In this document: positions 59,540 through 64,000 of the stretch, in pieces
Layout: every line of letters starts with the position of its first letter
Numbering within the stretch: position 1 is the stretch's first letter
DNA from: Candidatus Latescibacterota bacterium
GTDB taxonomy: Bacteria; Latescibacterota; UBA2968
Assembly: GCA_965222605.1 (NCBI GenBank)
Contig: OZ244960.1
Location: 640,001-704,000, forward strand
Direction of reading: 5' to 3'
Length of the DNA: 64,000 nucleotides
Notes under the pieces: model-generated
The model's database searches: none
The model's input: only the letters and a program-made list of their open reading frames with translations
Told to the model about the DNA's origin: nothing
Translations under genes and position numbers: made by a program

Positions 59540-62004
59540 GGCATACCTCCGTTCACGATGTCTTCGTTTTCTGGATGGGGCATGGGCATGCGCGGCTCTT
59601 TCTTCTTTACTGCGGGCTTTAACGCGCCAAAACGCACATCAATCCCTCTGTCCTGAAGGGCTGGAATATGCGTATTGATTGATGTATCACTCAACGGATT
59701 ATTCCGTACATCAACCCGATCTCCACTGCCCAATCCCGTATTTGCGACCAGGGGCGAAAGATCCGAGATGTTGTTACTGGAAAGAGACAGCGACCTTAGA
59801 TTGGTCAAGCCGGACAGTGCAGATATATCCGAGATGTTGTTTCTGAAAAGACTCAGCGATAGCAGGCTGTTCAAGCCGGATAGTGCAGATATATCCGAGA
59901 TGTTGTTGCCAGAAAGAGTCAGCGATGTCAGGCTGGTCAAGCCGGACAGAGGTGTGATGTTCGAGATGCTGTTGTTGTCAAGAGCCAGCGTTCTCAGACT
60001 GGTCAAGCCGGACAGTGAGGACACATCCGACATGCTGTTGCTGCGAAGAAACAGCCGTATCAGATTGGGCAAGCCGGACAGTGAGGACACATCTGAGATG
60101 CTGTTGCGGGAAAGCCACAGCCATTCCAGATTGGTTAAGCCTGACAGTGGGGACACATCCGAGATGCTGTTGTTGTCAAGATCTAGCTGTTCCAGCCTGG
60201 TCAAACCTGACAGTGCAGATATATCCGAGATGTTGTTGTTGTAAAGATACAGCCGTTCCAGATTGGTCAAGCCGGACAGGGGCGAGAGGTCGGAGATGCT
60301 GTTGCGGAAAAGCCACAGCTGTCTCAGATTGGGCAATCCTGAGAGTGCGGACACATCCGAGATGCTGTTGTTGTCAAGGTACAGCCTTTCCAGATTGGTC
60401 AAGCCTGATATAGCACCAAATAGTGCAGAAAGGTCTGAGATTGAGTTGCCGCCAAGAGCCAGCCTTCTCAGGTTGGTCAAACTCGATAGGGGCGAGAAGT
60501 CGGAAATATGGTTACTATTAACATAACCCTCACCAGACACAAACTCTGTGCCGAGGTCCAAACTCGTCAGACGGGTTGCCAACTCAAGCCCGGTCAAGTC
60601 CCTGATGTTCGAGTTCGGAACTTCAAGTTCTGACAAAAATCCCATCTCAAAATCGGTGATCGGATCACCTGATACCTTGCCCATAGCGATCTTAATCGCC
60701 GCACGCAAGTTCGCATCCGGGATATCTGCTTCTGACAGGTTGAACAGGCGCGACAGTACTGACCTGTCCCCAATCATAGTACCGTCGTAAAGACTCAGAA
60801 ATGTCAGGTTGGTTAGACTTGATAGAGGTGTGAGGTCCGAGATACTATTATAGGAAAGATTCAACGATGTCAGGTTGGTTAAGCCCGACAATGGCGAGAT
60901 ATCTGAGAATAAATTGCCGGAAAGAATCAGCAATGTCAGGTTGGTTAAGCCCGACAACGGCGAAATATCTGTGATGGTATTATAGGAAAGAATCAGCGTT
61001 GTCAGGTTGGTTAAGCCCGATAGAGGTGTGAGGTCCGAGATACTATTATAGGAAAGAATCAGCGTTGTCAGGTTGGTTAAGCCCGACAGAGGTGTGAGGT
61101 CCAGGATGATATTATCGGAAAGGTCCAGCCGTGTCAGACGGGTAGCAAATTCGAGTCCGGTTAAATCGCGAATATCCGATGCCGATGCCTCAAGGCTTGT
61201 CAAACTCGCCATCTCTGCCCTCGTGATCGGCGCATCTCTCGCCTTATCCAGTGCGGTCTCGATTGCTACACGGAGGTTCGCATCTGGAATAGTAACCTGT
61301 GTTTCCTCTCTACCACCACCGGCCTCTTTGCCAAAGTTGCTGCTAAAGATCAGAAAATCGCCAAAGCCAATCGCGCCATCGTTGTTCAGGTCGTATTTTG
61401 CTTCATATTTCCCATCGCCCTGACTGGTCCCAAACTGCCCCACAAATGCCAGGAAGTCGGTAAAATTAACCGCACCATCGCCGTTAAAGTCCAGAGTAAG
61501 GACTTGTAACTTTAACTCAACGCTCGTATTCAGGGTTATAGTCTCAAATCTCCCACCCCGACCGAGTTCTGCACGTACCAGCCGGATCGCTGTGCCAGAA
61601 AACGCGGCTGTCGTGCGAAAGCGAGCCGTGCCAACCAGACCGCTGTTGGTCGTGGCTTGACCGTCCAGAGACGCAATGCCTATTTCGACAAAAGTCGGAT
61701 TCGTGCCTTGCTCTATGAGTGCCTGGGCATTGGGCAAGACATCGCCCGGGTCGAAGCCTTCATAAGTCACTTGACTTGCGTCGTATTCAAAACGCACGGC
61801 AAGGCCGATCGCATTCTGAATATCTCGGCCAAATATCTGAATGGCGACAACTTGATCCGCGGACACGTTGCCAGATGTGATCGCTTGATCACCTGCGGCG
61901 CCATCCACATCCAGTGAAACGGAAAAGCTGTTCTGCGCCAAAAGAGACAGGGGGTGTATCAAAAGTGCGAGTGTTGATAAAGTTGACAGAATCAGGTTAC
62001 GCAT
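59536..62004 (-). CDS. Secreted cohesin-like + dockerin-like + internalin-type LRR protein
   Basis: Signal peptide; beta-rich domain (VRFEYD..G.VGTARF); DFNGDGAVNFTDF / DLNNDGAIGFGDF; two IPDANLR caps; many 22-aa LSGLTNL..L.L..N.ISD repeats. Confidence 0.85.
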   Translation of the reverse strand: MRNLILSTLSTLALLIHPLSLLAQNSFSVSLDVDGAAGDQAITSGNVSADQVVAIQIFGRDIQNAIGLAVRFEYDASQVTYEGFDPGDVLPNAQALIEQGTNPTFVEIGIASLDGQATTNSGLVGTARFRTTAAFSGTAIRLVRAELGRGGRFETITLNTSVELKLQVLTLDFNGDGAVNFTDFLAFVGQFGTSQGDGKYEAKYDLNNDGAIGFGDFLIFSSNFGKEAGGGREETQVTIPDANLRVAIETALDKARDAPITRAEMASLTSLEASASDIRDLTGLEFATRLTRLDLSDNIILDLTPLSGLTNLTTLILSYNSISDLTPLSGLTNLTTLILSYNTITDISPLSGLTNLTLLILSGNLFSDISPLSGLTNLTSLNLSYNSISDLTPLSSLTNLTFLSLYDGTMIGDRSVLSRLFNLSEADIPDANLRAAIKIAMGKVSGDPITDFEMGFLSELEVPNSNIRDLTGLELATRLTSLDLGTEFVSGEGYVNSNHISDFSPLSSLTNLRRLALGGNSISDLSALFGAISGLTNLERLYLDNNSISDVSALSGLPNLRQLWLFRNSISDLSPLSGLTNLERLYLYNNNISDISALSGLTRLEQLDLDNNSISDVSPLSGLTNLEWLWLSRNSISDVSSLSGLPNLIRLFLRSNSMSDVSSLSGLTSLRTLALDNNSISNITPLSGLTSLTSLTLSGNNISDISALSGLNSLLSLSLFRNNISDISALSGLTNLRSLSLSSNNISDLSPLVANTGLGSGDRVDVRNNPLSDTSINTHIPALQDRGIDVRFGALKPAVKKKEPRMPMPHPENEDIVNGGMP

Positions 62005-62148
62005 CGGGTTCTCCTGCTGATGGCCTTCTCACATTGGTTTCAGACGTGTCCTCTTGACAAAATATAACGGGTCAAGGTCAAGTCCAGTCACATCATCATT
62101 ATTTATTGTGAACCTCTAAAAAAATGAGACACTCCCAGTCCCTTATTT

Positions 62149-64000
62149 TCACTCATCTCGTAACGCATCCGCCGGGTTTGCGCGTACAGCTTTGAGGGTT
62201 TGGGTGGTGACAGTTGTGAGTACGATGAGGAACAGGACAAGGCTGCCGAGTAAAAATGTGCCAATACCCAGTTCAGTGCGATAGGCGAAAGTTTGTAACC
62301 ACTGATTGGTCGCGTAATAGGCGATTGGGAATGCGATAAAGCTTGATAGGGCAATGTAGAGGACAAATTCCCGTGAGAGCAGGGATAAGATTTGCGTTTG
62401 CGATGCGCCCAGGACTTTGCGAATGCCGATTTCTTTGGTGCGTCTGGCTGTGGCGAGTGCAGCGAGTCCGAATGCGCCGAGTGCGGCGATGAAGATGGCG
62501 AATCCTGTGGCGTATTGAATCATGAGGTTCCATCGTTCTTCTTTATGATATTGTCTGTCTATGTTTTCATCGACAAACGAAAATATGAATTCCAGAGCGG
62601 GTGCGATTTCTTCCCATTTTTCTTTCATAAATGCGATGGTGCCGGGCACATTTTCGGGATGGATGCGAACCAACAGGCTATGATGGCTAATTGTGGAGAG
62701 GGGCATAATGACAGGCCCAATTTCGTGATGCAAAGAGCGAAAATGAAAGTCGCCAACGACGCCAATGATTGTCCTGGTGCGTGAAATAATACGCTTTTCG
62801 TGTGGTTTATTTTTTTGCGAGACTTTTCGGACCTCTTTGATCGTTTTGCCAATCGGGTCTTCTATACCCAGTTTCTCGACCAGCGCCTCGTTGACGATGA
62901 TTGATCTTCTTTGATCGGTTGGAAATTCTTCAGAATATTCCCGACCAGCAATGAGTTTTATGTCGAATGTCTTGAACACATCGTAAGCAATAGACATCAT
63001 TTCAACCGGTTGTTCTTGAATGTCTTCATAACTCACAAAAATATTAGGAGGACGCGGAGACGCGAACATATTGCCGGATAAATCGCCACCATCAAACCAG
63101 GTTGTGCTGATCACTCCCAGATAAGACTGTAGCGCATCCCGAAAAACAGGGGGCAGGTTTCTGTATTCCGGTCTGAAGACCATATAAAAGGTCGAAATCG
63201 AGACGAGGTGTTCGGCCTGGAACCCCAGGGGTTTGGTTCGCAAATAAGCGAGTTGTTTGCCCATCATCAGGGTGGTGATGATAAAAAATATGGATAGGGC
63301 AAACTGAAAAATGACCAAAACGCTACCAAAGCGATTGCCCGTTTTGACTTTCAATCGGCTCGCTATAATTTGGGTCGGCTGCAATCGGGATAGCACAAAG
63401 GCGGGATAACCCCCTGCTGTGATGCCAGCTACAGTGATAAGTAGAACGAGAAATGTGAGTGTTGTGAGATTGAGGCCGTCGCTCATGGACAGGGATTGAC
63501 GAGATAGGGTATTGAATGTTGGCAGGGCGAGTTCTGCGATGGTGATGCCAGCAATGCACGCGATGGTAATGAGTAAGAGCGATTCGCCGATAAATTGTTT
63601 TGCGATCTGCATGCGTCCTGCGCCGACGACTTTTCGCAAGCCGACTTCTCGCGCCCGCGTTGCCTGCCGTCCGAGGGTCAGGGTAGTGAAGTTGACACAG
63701 GCGATAAATAGCACGAGTAGTGCTATGCCCGATAAGATGTACGTATAAATGGGATTGCTGGCATTCGAGGTCTGGACAATTGGATTAAAGTGCATTTGTG
63801 TGAGTGGCTGAAGTTTGAGTTGGTTTTCGTTCTTTTCTCCCCACCAGATTTTGGTCCATTTGGGAAATTGCTGTTCAAGGCTATTGGGATTTACATTTGG
63901 CGCGAGTAGCATATACGTGTCCGTCCTGAAGAAGTTATTGTCTGTTATCCCGAGTTGTTCAAAGGGCAGTAGCATGTCAAATTGAAGCGTAGAGTTTTTG
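62149..64000 (-). CDS. ABC transporter permease, MacB/FtsX family (5'-partial)
   Basis: IACVNF, RAREVGLRKVVGA, QFIGES, RRTKEIGIRKVLGAS, ANPADALRDE. Confidence 0.92.
   Translation of the reverse strand, partial: KNSTLQFDMLLPFEQLGITDNNFFRTDTYMLLAPNVNPNSLEQQFPKWTKIWWGEKNENQLKLQPLTQMHFNPIVQTSNASNPIYTYILSGIALLVLFIACVNFTTLTLGRQATRAREVGLRKVVGAGRMQIAKQFIGESLLLITIACIAGITIAELALPTFNTLSRQSLSMSDGLNLTTLTFLVLLITVAGITAGGYPAFVLSRLQPTQIIASRLKVKTGNRFGSVLVIFQFALSIFFIITTLMMGKQLAYLRTKPLGFQAEHLVSISTFYMVFRPEYRNLPPVFRDALQSYLGVISTTWFDGGDLSGNMFASPRPPNIFVSYEDIQEQPVEMMSIAYDVFKTFDIKLIAGREYSEEFPTDQRRSIIVNEALVEKLGIEDPIGKTIKEVRKVSQKNKPHEKRIISRTRTIIGVVGDFHFRSLHHEIGPVIMPLSTISHHSLLVRIHPENVPGTIAFMKEKWEEIAPALEFIFSFVDENIDRQYHKEERWNLMIQYATGFAIFIAALGAFGLAALATARRTKEIGIRKVLGASQTQILSLLSREFVLYIALSSFIAFPIAYYATNQWLQTFAYRTELGIGTFLLGSLVLFLIVLTTVTTQTLKAVRANPADALRDE

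Noticed and set aside
59536-62004. DGR-like template/variable repeat pair
   Set aside because: Repeats are in-frame LRR units, and no reverse transcriptase is present in the window

Overview
Bacterial chromosomal window with no rRNA, tRNA or CRISPR array seen. The gene content (many PhyH-type dioxygenases, sulfatases, dockerin-like/LRR proteins, PorV-like and GWxTD proteins) suggests an FCB-type diderm such as a Latescibacterota/Gemmatimonadota- or Poribacteria-like host-associated lineage; this is inference only. 1-6.8 kb is a defence-island end: an ATP-binding/HTH protein, type I HsdR, an M48 peptidase and a P-loop ATPase whose 3' end is hit by an intact IS982. The most striking structure is two paralogous, oppositely oriented operons (10.6-19.9 kb minus; 42.4-53.1 kb plus). 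Both have the order small beta-barrel > TonB-dependent receptor > T9SS-CTD-type secreted protein > PorV-like barrel > (GWxTD, copy B only) > DUF6785-type membrane protein, a candidate SusD-less uptake system. Between them lie catabolic genes (GH4, sulfatases, oxidoreductases, 2OG dioxygenases, a BHMT/sarcosine-oxidase operon), two TA modules, two genes with internal deletions and a candidate sRNA. The window ends with GWxTD/TPR genes, a dockerin-TlpA gene, a cohesin-dockerin-LRR gene and a partial ABC permease. Family assignments come from motif recognition by eye, not database searches.
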